Positions 21,864-33,100 are shown, counted from the whole stretch's first letter. The stretch is DNA of 63,330 nucleotides, filler included, from Chlamydiia bacterium (GCA_903848235.1; 14 parts of 14 records of this genome joined end to end with filler, not necessarily neighbours in it); one strand, 5' to 3'. The notes: generated from the sequence alone by a model not told the origin. Numbers and translations are program-made.

Positions 21864-21936
21864 CGGACTGAGTAGGACTCGAACCTACGACCACCGGCTT
21901 AGAAGGCAGGTGCTCTATCCACTGAGCTATCAGTCC
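21864..21936 (-). tRNA. tRNA-Arg (TCT), CCA not encoded
   Basis: GGACTGATAGCTCAGTGGATAGAGCACCTGCCTTCTAAGCCGGTGGTCGTAGGTTCGAGTCCTACTCAGTCCG; one mismatch in the anticodon stem. Confidence 0.95.
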
Positions 21937-22337
21937 ATAAAAACTTTTTAGAATCGCGCCTATACTATCTACGATATCGACTGCCACCCGTTCTTGGCAA
22001 CAACGAGAACACATGGCCTGAAACATCGTTCGTTATTACGAGGAAAACTTGACTAAAGCGTAAGCGTCAACGGAACCCATCTTTTTTCTGAAGCAGAGAT
22101 CTTGTATTTTTCTCTCCTTTCAACTGAAGGAGATATGTATGAAAGACTGTCGATCAGAAAACGCCATCAAATGGAATGCAAGAGTTCAGCAATGGAAAGN
22201 NNNNNNNNNNNNNNNNNNNNNNNNNNNNNNNNNNNNNNNNNNNTTAATTAATTAANNNNNNNNNNNNNNNNNNNNNNNNNNNNNNNNNNNNNNNNNNNNC
22301 CTGAGTAGCGTGAGATTTAACATTTAAGGGGGTCCCC

Positions 22338-22568
22338 ATGCTTAATGTAGCGGTTAAAAAAGAGATCATCAATCAGATTGGGAAGCTAGATTACGATCGC
22401 CAGAGGCGTGTACTTGATTTTGTCCGTGCCCTTGCTGCGACCAAACCGAAAGGTGTTCCGGGTAAGCAGCTACTTTCCTTCGCAGGGATCTTCAACTCTA
22501 ATGATCTGAAGGTCATGGAACAGGCTATAGAAGACAACTGCGAGAAGGTAAATCTTAATGAGTGGTAA
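22338..22568 (+). CDS. putative antitoxin of the downstream PIN toxin
   Basis: 76 aa, KGVPGKQLLSFAG; overlaps the PIN gene start. Confidence 0.75.
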   Translation: MLNVAVKKEIINQIGKLDYDRQRRVLDFVRALAATKPKGVPGKQLLSFAGIFNSNDLKVMEQAIEDNCEKVNLNEW

Positions 22569-22944
22569 ATATATGCTTGATACCAATATCGTAATTGCCC
22601 TTATTGCAGAAGACCCTTCCGTCCAAAAGCATATTGCCAAGGCTGAAGAGGTTTATCCCGGTCACTGTTATTGGAGAACTTTTTTTTGGTGCTTTCAAGT
22701 CAGAACGGCCAAGGAAAATTCAGCACATATAGAAAAATTTACTGCGAGCAATACCGTCCTTGCATGCGATATCGGAACAAGTTGGGAATACGGACGTATC
22801 AAGAACATCTTACAAAAAAAAGGCTGTCCTATCCCTGAAAACGATATCTGGACAGCTGATCTGGCAATGGAGCATGGACTGACCCTGATCTCACGTGACG
22901 AACACTTCAAGAATATAGACGAGCTAAAAAGAGCAACATGGTGA
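22558..22944 (+). CDS. vapC: VapC/PIN toxin with a locally scrambled frame
   Basis: LDTN, PIPENDIW, LISRDEHF motifs; the expected IPVTVIGELFFGAFKS segment is in the +1 frame. Confidence 0.85.
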   Translation: MSGKYMLDTNIVIALIAEDPSVQKHIAKAEEVYPGHCYWRTFFWCFQVRTAKENSAHIEKFTASNTVLACDIGTSWEYGRIKNILQKKGCPIPENDIWTADLAMEHGLTLISRDEHFKNIDELKRATW

Positions 22945-22970
22945 TTTTTTTCAGTCTAGTGATTATTGAG

Positions 22971-23026
22971 TGGGCGTGAGGAAAAGAATCTAAGGGCCTG
23001 TCTCTCGCAGAGCACACAGAAAAAGC
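22971..23026 (+). repeat. 56-nt direct repeat, copy 1
   Basis: 46/56 ungapped identity to 24349-24404. Confidence 0.8.
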
Positions 23027-23107
23027 GTACTGTTCATGAACAGAATTCAGAGACAACCAAATTTTCTATATGTTGTATATTCGTAGGTATAATACTATTA
23101 TACTACA

Positions 23108-24262
23108 ATGATAATTGAACTTGCTAGAAATAGATTGTTGGCTGAGGTGACAGTTCGGTTGGCTGAATCCCCTGTAACAATACTCCTGGGAGCCAGACAG
23201 ACCGGAAAAACGACAATAGCCCGAATGGCAGCAAGGCAGCGTGATCTGGTAAGGTTCTTTGATCTTGAGGTCGCTGCGGACCGCGCAGCTCTGGCTATAA
23301 CACCTGAGAAGGTTCTGTCTGAGGCCAAAGGGTTGGTGATTTTGGATGAAGTACACCGCATGCCTTCCCTGTTCGAAGTGCTGCGACCATTGGCTGACAG
23401 GCCAAATGTGCCGGTGCGGTTTCTCCTCTTGGGCAGCGCCTCACCTGACCTGGTGCGAGGAACTTCAGAGACACTGGCCGGTCGTGCGCTAGTGCTTCAC
23501 ATTCCTGGCTTTACGCTGGAAGAGGTGGGTCTTCAACGGCAAAATGATTTGTGGTTACGCGGTGCTTTCCCCCGGTCCTTTTTGGCCGCTGATGAGGCAG
23601 CCAGTCTGCGATGGCGGGAATCCTTCATTGATAGTTTTTTAGAACGCGATATACCAAAGCTCGGTATTCGAACTCCGGCAGAAACTTTGAGGCGATTCTG
23701 GAATATGCTGTGCCATTTTCATGGACAAATCTGGAATGCCTCCGAGCTGGCTCGGTCGCTGGCAGCCAATGAAAAGACGGCACGGCATTATCTTGATATT
23801 CTGACCGGAGCCTACATGATTCGGGTGCTGCCTGCCTGGCATGAGAACATCGGCAAGCGTCAAGTAAAGTCCTCCAAGGTGTACCTTCGGGATAGTGGTC
23901 TTTTGCATGCCATGCTGGGAATCCAGACACGCTCACAGCTTGAATCACATCCACGCTATGGGGCTTCATGGGAAGGTTTTGCACTTGAACAGACGCTGGT
24001 GCGTTTTGGTGATCGGCACGCCTGGTTTTGGGCTACGCAGCGGGGAGCGGAATTAGATCTCATGGTGCTTCATGAAGGACGCCGCATCGGGTTCGAATTC
24101 AAATGTACAGACGCACCTGGTATGACTCGCTCTCTGGGGATCGCACTTACGGATCTTAAATTGGATCGTGTATTTGTGGTTTATCCGGGCGCTAAACGAT
24201 ATCCCCTCTCCGATCATGTGGAAGCAATACCCTTATCCGAAATACCAACACTTAAACCATAG
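23108..24262 (+). CDS. AAA_14-type ATPase with C-terminal DUF4143/PD-(D/E)xK-like domain
   Basis: GARQTGKTT, ILDEVH, LLGSAS, ETLAGR, KVYLRDSGL, WEGF, ELDL..FEFK. Confidence 0.9.
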   Translation: MIIELARNRLLAEVTVRLAESPVTILLGARQTGKTTIARMAARQRDLVRFFDLEVAADRAALAITPEKVLSEAKGLVILDEVHRMPSLFEVLRPLADRPNVPVRFLLLGSASPDLVRGTSETLAGRALVLHIPGFTLEEVGLQRQNDLWLRGAFPRSFLAADEAASLRWRESFIDSFLERDIPKLGIRTPAETLRRFWNMLCHFHGQIWNASELARSLAANEKTARHYLDILTGAYMIRVLPAWHENIGKRQVKSSKVYLRDSGLLHAMLGIQTRSQLESHPRYGASWEGFALEQTLVRFGDRHAWFWATQRGAELDLMVLHEGRRIGFEFKCTDAPGMTRSLGIALTDLKLDRVFVVYPGAKRYPLSDHVEAIPLSEIPTLKP

Positions 24263-24348
24263 GAATCATAGAAGACCAGTGACAATTTTATGCTAAAAAG
24301 GAATTTCTTTCTCCATGCCCTCTGTGCCCTCGAAGGAGCGCGAGCGAC

Positions 24349-24404
24349 TGGGCGAGAGGAAAAAACTTTAATGCCTTGTTTCTCACAGAGCACACAGAGA
24401 AAGC
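24349..24404 (+). repeat. 56-nt direct repeat, copy 2
   Basis: matches 22971-23026; preceded by CTCTGTGCCCTC, partly complementary to its CAGAGCACACAGAG core. Confidence 0.8.
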
Positions 24405-24497
24405 AGAGAAATCGTCGAGGGATTTTTATGAGGATGAAATTATTTGTTTGTGATATCCTTTGTTGTCCTATGGTTTTCACGAACAGGAGGTGCTTAT

Positions 24498-24710
24498 ATG
24501 CGTAGTTTAAAGTACGTTGTCTATCGTGAAGGAAAGTATTTTGTCTCTCAATGTTTGAATGTAGAAGTGTCCAGCTTTGGGAAAACCATTGATGAAGCTG
24601 TAACAAATCTCAAAGATGCAGTAGAGCTTTACCTCAAGGATGATTCTGAGATGTACCTCTTTCATGATGTTGGTGATGCCCTGATTGGAGAAGCTTTTAT
24701 AAATGCCTAA
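24498..24710 (+). CDS. hicB: HicB-family antitoxin
   Basis: RBS AGGAGG, ATG 24498, YFVSQC..VSSFGKTIDEAVTNLKDAVELYL. Confidence 0.88.
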   Translation: MRSLKYVVYREGKYFVSQCLNVEVSSFGKTIDEAVTNLKDAVELYLKDDSEMYLFHDVGDALIGEAFINA

Positions 24711-24906
24711 GCTGTACTCATCGCGGCACATCATAGCGGTGCTTAATTCGCATGGCTTTGTCGAGGTTGACCAAACTGGCAGCCACAAGAAGTTTCGACT
24801 TGAAAGCCTTACCGTCATAGTACCGGCGGCAAAACGTGAAATTCCATATGGCACATTCATGTCTATTCTCCGTCAGTCTGGTTTGCTTATGCAAGATTTT
24901 GAATAA
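24703..24906 (+). CDS. hicA: HicA-family mRNA interferase
   Basis: GF..QTGSHKKF..VIVP..EIPYGTFMSILRQSGL. Confidence 0.9.
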   Translation: MPKLYSSRHIIAVLNSHGFVEVDQTGSHKKFRLESLTVIVPAAKREIPYGTFMSILRQSGLLMQDFE

Positions 24907-24978
24907 GAAAAAAGAAATAGAACTACGAACCGATAAAATTGGCATTATGTCACTGTAATCCTTGATGACGACTTGCAA

Positions 24979-25131
24979 GAAGACATCCATCATCATCCCT
25001 TTTCAAGGATTGGTAAACCTGAACCTTTATGTTTTCAGTGGTCGTGATACTGGTCGCGACGGATCAATAAAACACATCGTCTCGTTTATAAGTTTCAGGA
25101 AGATTGTGTGTACATAGTTCAATGCCGCTTT
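24979..25131 (+). pseudogene. yoeB: YoeB/Txe toxin remnant
   Basis: EDIHHHPFSRIGKPEPLCFQWS*YWSRRINKTHRLVYKFQEDCVYIVQCRF; in-frame TGA at 25045-25047, no recognisable start. Confidence 0.85.
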
Positions 25132-25420
25132 CTGATCATTGAATTTGTCCCCAAGAACGACTCGCAGATTCAAAGGCTGCTCCGCACCAGAGAGTATATA
25201 GTCCCCGATTACGATCAGGATCATTTCGAGGCAGCTTTCTCAATCCATTTTTCAATCATCAAACATGATAAAATCACAGATACCGATCGGACGCTGTATC
25301 TGATGCAAAATCAAAACAAANNNNNNNNNNNNNNNNNNNNNNNNNNNNNNNNNNNNNNNNNNNNTTAATTAATTAANNNNNNNNNNNNNNNNNNNNNNNN
25401 NNNNNNNNNNNNNNNNNNNN

Positions 25421-25560
25421 CGAAGGGTCTTGGATGTTGTTGGTGCGAATCCAGCACGCGAACCGACAGCAGAGCTGCTAGGCTGTCGTATCTAGGACGA
25501 AGGCTTGACATTGGTCTGTGAGGACCAAAGGTCCACATTAGTCCTGATTTTTAGAAGCGG
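25421..25560 (-). mobile_element. CCGCTTCTAAAAATC-family element end, copy 2
   Basis: near-identical reverse complement of 9049-9154; at contig start; supplies the stop of ORF 25551..25850. Confidence 0.8.
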
Positions 25561-25850
25561 TTGCATATTGTGATCCCATTGGTGCCAAACCCACCATCGT
25601 TGGGACGAAACCACCATGCGTGGCACAATCCGCTGCTGGAGTGGATAGCAAGAGGCTGGTGTGGGCCAACGTGTTTTTGGGCTAAAAAAGCGCACGTCGC
25701 TTCCAAATCCTCAAATGGGCATTCTTTCAGAGTCGGTCGAGTTTCTAAAGGTGGTGGCGAAGGAGTGGGCTCTGCGATTTGAGGCGCGACATCATAGCTT
25801 GTTAGATAGCTGACAACAGGGGGGTGAGAAACTGGATTTGGGTAACTCAT
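25551..25850 (-). pseudogene. Pro-rich effector-like ORF truncated by the element
   Basis: MSYPNPVSHPP low-complexity N-terminus; last codons and stop lie inside the repeat. Confidence 0.5.
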
Positions 25851-26339
25851 GATATGATAAATTTTGTGTGTTTTTATTTAAAAACTAGTTGCGATCTGTG
25901 AAAATATCGATCCTAATTATGATTAAATCTGGTTTATTTGACCATGTTTTGTTTTCTTGTATATGATAAAGTCGAGCGTAAAGATATTTTTCTCATAATG
26001 AGGACAGCTCCTTGAATAGAACGTTGAATATGTCTGCAGCTTTTTGCGCCGTCCACCGAATGATGGTAGCAACAGAGGAAGAGGGTAGGTAGTTGCTCGA
26101 CAAGGACATTGTCTTCGGCGAAAGCTGCCACGAGGTTTGAGAGGTTGTTGTTTATGATTTTGAACCTCTCTCTGAAGATAATATCGAAATGGATGACTAG
26201 AAATTATTCAGAAGAGAGCGCTAATGTAAGCTTTTACTAGACGTTCGCATTTTTTGAGCATTGATTCGAGCAATCTTTTTTTCAAAGACACCCTTTCTTA
26301 GAAAGAGGGGGGGCAAAAAAGAAGAGGAATGTATAGATC

Positions 26340-27995
26340 ATGGCAGGGACATATCAAGAATCGTGGAAAGAGCCGTTCCTCTCTCCTCCTCGTTTTGAAG
26401 TGACTCGAAGCGCAAAGCGTCTTGCGGAGCTTGCAAAGAGCGCTACGAACTTAAGCGTGTCTGGAGTGGTGACGGAGGAGAGGATTGCCTCAATGCAGTC
26501 CCGTGGGGCAGGATTGACCATGCTGTACGGCTTCCAGCGCGTTGATCAGGAGATATTACGTGAGCTCCAGGCGCTAGCAGAGGAGCGTCAGGTGGTGCCG
26601 CAGATGCAGGCGTTGTTTGCTGGCAGGAGTGTGAATTTCATTGAGGGCTTTGACAGCGAGCGTCGTGCTGCCTTGCACCCTGCAACACGCGATGTATTTG
26701 AACAAGCAATTACCTCTGACCTCTCTGCGCGCCGTGTCGTAGAAGAAGAGCTGCAAAAGCTGCGCACGTTTTTTGGTGAGATAGGAAATAGCTATGACAC
26801 CATGCTGTTCATCGGTATTGGTGGTTCAGAGCTTGGTCCTCATGCTATCGCTGATGCCTTAACATGCTATAACCTGCCATCGCGAAAGGTTCACTACATC
26901 GGCAATATTGATCCTGACGAGATGACGGCAGCTCTTCGTGGCACAGACCTGCGAAAGACACTTGTCGCTATTGTTTCTAAGTCAGGAAGTACGTTAGAGA
27001 CTGCTACGAACGAAGCCCGTGCTCGCCAGGCGTTTCAGACGGCGGGACTAGATCCAAAGCAGCATTTCATCGCTGTCACATCCCCAAAAACACCGATGGA
27101 TGACCTTTCTCGATATCGAGCCGTCTTCCATCTCTTTGATTTTGTTGGTGGGAGGTTTTCATCGACATCTGTTGTGGGAGGGGTGCTGATCTGTTTTCTG
27201 GCGGGAGCGACAACCTTTTTTGAGTTTCTCGACGGTGCCAATCAGATGGATCGACTGGCACTGAGGCTTGACATTCGGGATAACTTGCCGCTTCTCTTAG
27301 CATTGTTGAGCGTATGGAATAGAAATTTCCTTGGGTTTCCTACCGTAGCGGTGATTCCCTATTCGCAAGCCTTGAGGCGCTTTCCTGCTCATCTGCAGCA
27401 GTGTGAAATGGAGTCTAACGGCAAGAGCGTCGATCGTTATGGCCGCCGTATCCCGTACCCCACGGCGCCTGTTTTATGGGGAGAGCCGGGGACGAATGCG
27501 CAGCATTCGTTTTTTCAGCTGTTGCACCAGGGAACAGACGTCGTTCCGGTGGAGTTTATAGGGTTTAAAGATTCGCAGTATGGCGAAGATTGTATGTACA
27601 ATGGAACGTCATCTCAGGATAAGCTGCTCTCTAATCTTTTTGCACAGGCCTTGGCCCTTGCGCTAGGTCATGACAATGAAAATCCCAATAAGTATTTTTC
27701 TGGGAATAGGCCGTCGACACTCATCCTTGGACAGAAGCTGGATGCAAAGACATTAGGAGCACTTCTTGCTCTCTATGAGAATAAAATTGCCTTTGAGGGG
27801 TTTTTATGGGGCATCAACTCGTTTGACCAAGAAGGTGTTCAGCTTGGCAAGGGGCTTGCAGAGCAGCTGATTGCCGTCTGTCGTGCTCGAAGAGAGGGTA
27901 GAGAAGATCTGTCGGCATCGGCTGTCGGGCGCAGGTTGTTGGATATTGTAGAGGATATTGGTTCAGCGCATGGCATCGTCCCAAAAAGCAGATAG
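26340..27995 (+). CDS. pgi: glucose-6-phosphate isomerase
   Basis: IGIGGSELG, VSKSGSTLET, VGGRFS, QQCEMESNGK, GTNAQH, NSFDQEGVQLGK. Confidence 0.97.
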   Translation: MAGTYQESWKEPFLSPPRFEVTRSAKRLAELAKSATNLSVSGVVTEERIASMQSRGAGLTMLYGFQRVDQEILRELQALAEERQVVPQMQALFAGRSVNFIEGFDSERRAALHPATRDVFEQAITSDLSARRVVEEELQKLRTFFGEIGNSYDTMLFIGIGGSELGPHAIADALTCYNLPSRKVHYIGNIDPDEMTAALRGTDLRKTLVAIVSKSGSTLETATNEARARQAFQTAGLDPKQHFIAVTSPKTPMDDLSRYRAVFHLFDFVGGRFSSTSVVGGVLICFLAGATTFFEFLDGANQMDRLALRLDIRDNLPLLLALLSVWNRNFLGFPTVAVIPYSQALRRFPAHLQQCEMESNGKSVDRYGRRIPYPTAPVLWGEPGTNAQHSFFQLLHQGTDVVPVEFIGFKDSQYGEDCMYNGTSSQDKLLSNLFAQALALALGHDNENPNKYFSGNRPSTLILGQKLDAKTLGALLALYENKIAFEGFLWGINSFDQEGVQLGKGLAEQLIAVCRARREGREDLSASAVGRRLLDIVEDIGSAHGIVPKSR

Positions 27996-28893
27996 TGCAC
28001 GACGAGTATCGAATGACCCTCTGATAGAAGAGTTTATCACTTATATAGGCTCTGAGCGGGGGCTTGCTACCCATACGCAGGCAGCGTACCGCAGAGACTT
28101 ATATCAGCTCCATGCGTTGTGTGTCGATGAAGGGCGGTCATGGCCTCCTGACGCGGAAGCTGTTGTGGCATCTCTCCATGCATCCCGGCAGTGTGGAAAA
28201 AAGACGACTTCACAAGTGCGAGCATTGGTTGCTGCCAAGGTGTTTTTACGCTATCTCTTCAGAGAAAGCTACGTGAAAACTGATCACAGCGCCTTTCTAG
28301 AGAGCCCGAAGATATGGCAGACCATCCCTTCTGTTCTCGGGTATCATGATCTAGACCGTCTTCTACAGGCTCCTGACTGCACAACAGATGAGGGGATCCG
28401 CGATCGCGCTATCCTCGAACTTCTCTATGGCACTGGTATGCGTGTGTCAGAGCTCTGCTCTTTGTCGATCTACGATGTGTCAGATGATCTTGTGAAGGTT
28501 CACGGAAAGGGAGGCAAGGAGCGCCTTGTGCCCATAGGCCGCCAGGCGCTTCTTGCTGTTGATGCCTATCTAAATCAGGTGCGTCAGAAATGTGATAGCA
28601 CGACAGAGCTGCATCTCTTTGTGACACAGCGTGGCAAGCCCATGGACCGGGTGAGTGTGTGGAAGATGGTGCGCGGGTATGCACAAAAAACAGGGATCGA
28701 AAAACGTATTTCTCCCCATACCTTTCGACATACGTATGCGACGCACCTTCTTGACGCAGGCGCTGACTTGCGTGTCATCCAAGAACTACTAGGACATGCT
28801 CATATCTCGAGCACAGACCGCTACACGCATGTCTCTTCATCGCAGATCCGCGAGGTATTTCGCACCTTCCACCCACGCTGGAAGCCATCCTAG
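27970..28893 (+). CDS. xerD: tyrosine recombinase XerD
   Basis: RDRAILELLYGTGMRVSE, GKGGKER, SPHTFRH, LGH, TDRY; adjacent to pgi. Confidence 0.93.
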   Translation: MASSQKADSARRVSNDPLIEEFITYIGSERGLATHTQAAYRRDLYQLHALCVDEGRSWPPDAEAVVASLHASRQCGKKTTSQVRALVAAKVFLRYLFRESYVKTDHSAFLESPKIWQTIPSVLGYHDLDRLLQAPDCTTDEGIRDRAILELLYGTGMRVSELCSLSIYDVSDDLVKVHGKGGKERLVPIGRQALLAVDAYLNQVRQKCDSTTELHLFVTQRGKPMDRVSVWKMVRGYAQKTGIEKRISPHTFRHTYATHLLDAGADLRVIQELLGHAHISSTDRYTHVSSSQIREVFRTFHPRWKPS

Positions 28894-28910
28894 ACACCTG
28901 TTGCGCTGTA

Positions 28911-29378
28911 TCATCGTTCTCCGGCTCCATGGATTGCATATTGCTCTCCTTCTGGAAGCAATGACACTCCGAGATGGCCGCCAAGAAAAAATGCTGATGC
29001 GGCAAGGGAGATGGGCCATGCTATGGCAGCACCGGCGATAATGACACATCGGATAAAAGGCTGTTGTTGCCCCCAGATGGCAGCAATGCGGTCGAGTGAT
29101 CCGTGCATGATTCTAGGGTTCATGATAGATACCAGAAAGCCGATGCCAAACACACTTGATTGGGCAGTGAAAAGAATGGCGCCTGCAATGAAGGCGAGTA
29201 CTGGAAGAGCGGTTTTTTGGATGCGATTAAGTCCATCGATAAATCCTGGGCGACACCGTTCGACAAAATCTTGTGTTGACAGAGCGGCATGGGTCGCCGT
29301 ATCGACAATGGTTATTGCGAAATCGTGTACGGTAGTAGACGTACATTCCCAAGCATGTTGCATGCACGAAGTGGTCAT
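28911..29378 (-). CDS. hypothetical membrane protein
   Basis: 155 aa with two hydrophobic hairpins. Confidence 0.6.
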   Translation of the reverse strand: MTTSCMQHAWECTSTTVHDFAITIVDTATHAALSTQDFVERCRPGFIDGLNRIQKTALPVLAFIAGAILFTAQSSVFGIGFLVSIMNPRIMHGSLDRIAAIWGQQQPFIRCVIIAGAAIAWPISLAASAFFLGGHLGVSLLPEGEQYAIHGAGER

Positions 29379-29853
29379 GGGTGCTATCCTCTGTAAGAAG
29401 TTTGGCTGTCATAAAGTCCACAGTGGTGGAAACTTCACATTTCAACAGTCGTCGTTTTTCGACAGTGATAGTGTACGTACCATATCAAGTAAAAGATTCG
29501 ATTAAGATAAGGTTTTCGGCTAAGGCAAAAACTGATTCTTCAACATGATTTGGTATAAATCCTTCTTAAATGAGCCATAAATAAGGTCGCCCATTGTCGA
29601 TTCTCTCTCACTATCAAAGAGTTCTTGCGCGCTAAATTATTGACATAGTGTGCATTCTGGATTCCTATGATTATCTATGCAAAAAAAATTTCCTATAAAT
29701 CAAGAGCGTTTCTCATAGCGTCCTGAGGCATGGGATTTTTTCTTTTCCTCCATTGTCTGTAAACAGCATATTCTGCTCAAAATATACTGTTGACTTTAGC
29801 ACATGTCGTGCGCCATAAGATCTGCCATTCTTTAACACGAATGGGGTGTGGGT

Positions 29854-29984
29854 ATGAAGCGGTGCCTGTTCTTTCTGATTGTCTTTTGTCAATCACTTGT
29901 TGCTGAGGAAGAACAAGATTTCTCCCTTGTCAATCTCACCAAAAGCCCGATCTCTCGAGCCGCTGGCGCTGTCAATATCATCAC
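29854..29984 (+). CDS. exported protein 5' fragment, possibly an Rhs protein
   Basis: signal peptide MKRCLFFLIVFCQSLVA, then AGAVNIIT, resembling the DUF6531 start; cut by contig end. Confidence 0.45.
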
Positions 29985-30109
29985 NNNNNNNNNNNNNNNN
30001 NNNNNNNNNNNNNNNNNNNNNNNNNNNNTTAATTAATTAANNNNNNNNNNNNNNNNNNNNNNNNNNNNNNNNNNNNNNNNNNNNAATGTGTAAACTCGAG
30101 CTAGACGTC

Positions 30110-33100
30110 TTAACTAAATATTGATCTAACCACAGAAACAGCTCCATTTTTTCCCATTATTACCAACGAGCCGGCTGCCGATCCAGCAAAAGCACCTACA
30201 AAAGGTATTGGTATAAGAGCCTGCCCAGCAGCGGCACAGGCAAAAGAAATTCCCATATCAACCGCAGCGGATGTGCCGTTAGAGACGGCTTCGCCGACTG
30301 AATTTGAGTGAAGAGCCGCAGAACCTATTGTAAGTACGCTGTTGATAGCGGCAACTCCAGGAATATATTGAGCCGCCTTGGGGGCTACCTCTTTGACGAC
30401 CCCCTTGATCACCGACCGAGCGACATCTTGGGCCACCTGCTTCGCAACACTTTTAGCTGTTTGACAGACCACTTCTTTGACTGCCTCTCCAGCCTCTTCT
30501 CCGCTAATTTTCCCTTCGGCAATACAGTGCGCACCGAAATCTACTACAGCGGCACCTGCGGTAGAGCCGAGGGCATTCGCCGACGAAAGGTGGATTTTTT
30601 CGATACGTTTTCCAAGACACCGAGCAGCCGATTTAACGCTCTGTCCAGCAGTTGCGGAGATACTGCCATCGATAATATTTTTAGCGGCGCTATCTGTCTT
30701 AGCCGCACATTCTCGTAACACCTTGGCTTTGAGTTTTTGCGATTGTTCTCTGGTCAGTGATTTTTCCTGGCCGTTTTTCATTTTCAGAGAGACGCCTTCA
30801 CCACCCTGTGAAAGCTTTTTGTCGATAAGATCAGCAATTTTTTGAAGCCGTTTTGCTTCGAGGAATTGCTTTTTCCCAATGAAAAATTGCTCATGCCTTG
30901 CGCGAACAACGCTGTCCCCATATTCTTCAACTGTTTTAGCTGCCCGAACGGCTTTTTCCTGGGTACGTTGCAGCTTTCCCTTGGCTTTTCGCAATGCGTC
31001 AAGACAACCGCCTTGAGACTCATCGGTAGGGCACGCATCGTCTGTGGCAGCCGCTGCTGCCGCTGCAGGGGACTGTTCTTCCTCAACAGGCGGTTTTTCT
31101 TGTTCATCGCGTTGCGTATCCTTGGGCTTTTCAGGGTCAGCGTCAGTCTTTTGCAGTTCTTCCTCGGCAGAAGGTTCCTTCTGTTCTGAGGGCGATTTTT
31201 CTATTTTTCGCCCCGACAAGTCAATGGGAGGCTTCTCGCGAACGCGATTTTTCAATTCTTCTAGCTTGCTGGCCAGGCCGGCTCTCGTTTGCTCCAGGGC
31301 AACCTTTTGCTCGTGGTTCAGCGTTGCCAATATCGTTTCTTCATCAACTACAGTACCGGGCTTTCGGGCCTCAAAAACTGTGTGAAGAAACTTCTGGCTC
31401 ACCTTTCTCCACCATTTTTTGTATCTCTTTACGCGCTTCATAGCCCGCTTTTCTTCTTTGCCAGAGCCTGCAATTTTTACATCTATGGCCTTAATCTCAG
31501 CCTCAAGAGCTTGGATATCTGCATCGGTTGGGAGCTCGGACAAAGGTGCCGCCGGAGTGGTCGCTTTATTCACTTCGAGCACCACAGCGTCCTTTTCCCC
31601 TTCTGTAGAGGGCGTAGCGGGATTGTCCTGCTCGACGTTTTTTGAAGACGCGCCATTTCCAGCAGGGTTGGGCGTGGAAGCAGTTGGGAGCTTCTCTTTA
31701 TTGCCAGAGGGTGGTTTAGGAGCTCCTCCTGACGCGGCCTTCCCACCCTTTTGGGCGTCTTTGGCTGCTCTAAATCTATTCAAGAGCTCAAGTTCGACAA
31801 CATAGTTCACAAATGCTTCGGATATTTTGTGTGCGCCGTTACCCGTTTTGGCATTAGCCTGTTCTGCTTGCTGCAGAGTTTCAAACGCCTGATGTACTCT
31901 TCCTTTTTGATGGCTCCATTTGATGTCTATCTGGATTCCCGCCAATTTGTCTTCACGATGTTGAACTTTGTTCCGACGGACCTTGAGTTCGTAGTCCATC
32001 CGTTCCTTGGGCCAACCATTTTTTTTATAATAGGCACAGAGGTTGGCAAGGCTTCGAAGCTCTGCTTGGCGATCTTCACCTACTAACGTAACTGACAATT
32101 TGCCGGTAAACCTTTCAAAATCAGGTGGGCGATCGTCGGGTCTGAAGTCGAAATCTGACGAACGATGGGAATCTTCACTTAGTTGTGGTTTAAGACCGTT
32201 TGGAAATCGCGAACCTGTCGCACCCGTTGCAGATGATTGCTGCCGCTGCTTAGAGGGGGCTGGTGTCTGAGAAGCTGCCGGCTGTTTAGGGTCACTTGGG
32301 TCTTTCTGGCTATTCGGCAAAAACAAATCAGGGAGTGGTATGTCAGCATAGAGCAATATGTCCAAGCTACTGGAAAGATGCTCGCCTCCCAAACTAGGAT
32401 TCCCCTTGGGAATATTGAACGGTATACCGTCGGTTGGACCAGAATGTTCACCGAGGGAGGAGAGAGAATCGTTTACCTCTTGTGTAGGGAAAACCAAAGT
32501 GGGGATGGGTATGTCGGTCATGAGTAATGCTTCCGCGGTGAATGACCGATTGGCGCCTTCTCTGTTCGTCCTCGACTCTGGTATTAGGCGCGCTACGTTG
32601 TCAGCAACGGAAGCTGTGCCTTGAAGGAGGGATGAGAGAAGAGCCTTTGGATTACCACCTACCTTATCCTGTAGAGTGGCGGCAAAAGTGTCGAGTCCCA
32701 ACATTTTTTGGGTCTCAGGGGGGAGCGTGTGTATTGTGTTCACAATCAGTTCGACAGAAGCCTCCGTTTGGAGCCCTTCACTAATGGCCTCTGCCGGGCG
32801 TGCACAGATGTGCAGAGTGTCTCTGAGTCCTTGTGCTATTGCTTGCGCTAGAGCCACATTCGCATAAGAAATTGTTGAAACTCCAATATCGGGAATCGTA
32901 TGGGATTCTTCACAAAAGCCTTCAAGAAAGAAGTCGACAAATGTTTTTGATTGGTCAGCGGGCGTCACATTTTCAGGTGGGAATTCAATTTTTCTCGGAA
33001 TTAAGTCATCCGCCTTCGTTAGCAGCGGCCCTACGACAACGTCCGCCGGCCCAATAACTGTCTTTCTCAACGCACCGTTGGCGACGCTATATACTCTTCC

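Noticed and set aside
21844..22026. 60-aa ORF
   Set aside because: Overlaps tRNA-Arg on the same strand; spurious.
27970..28893. XerD as the invertase or cassette recombinase
   Set aside because: Housekeeping xerD in its core position on another contig; no dif-like sites at the breakpoints.
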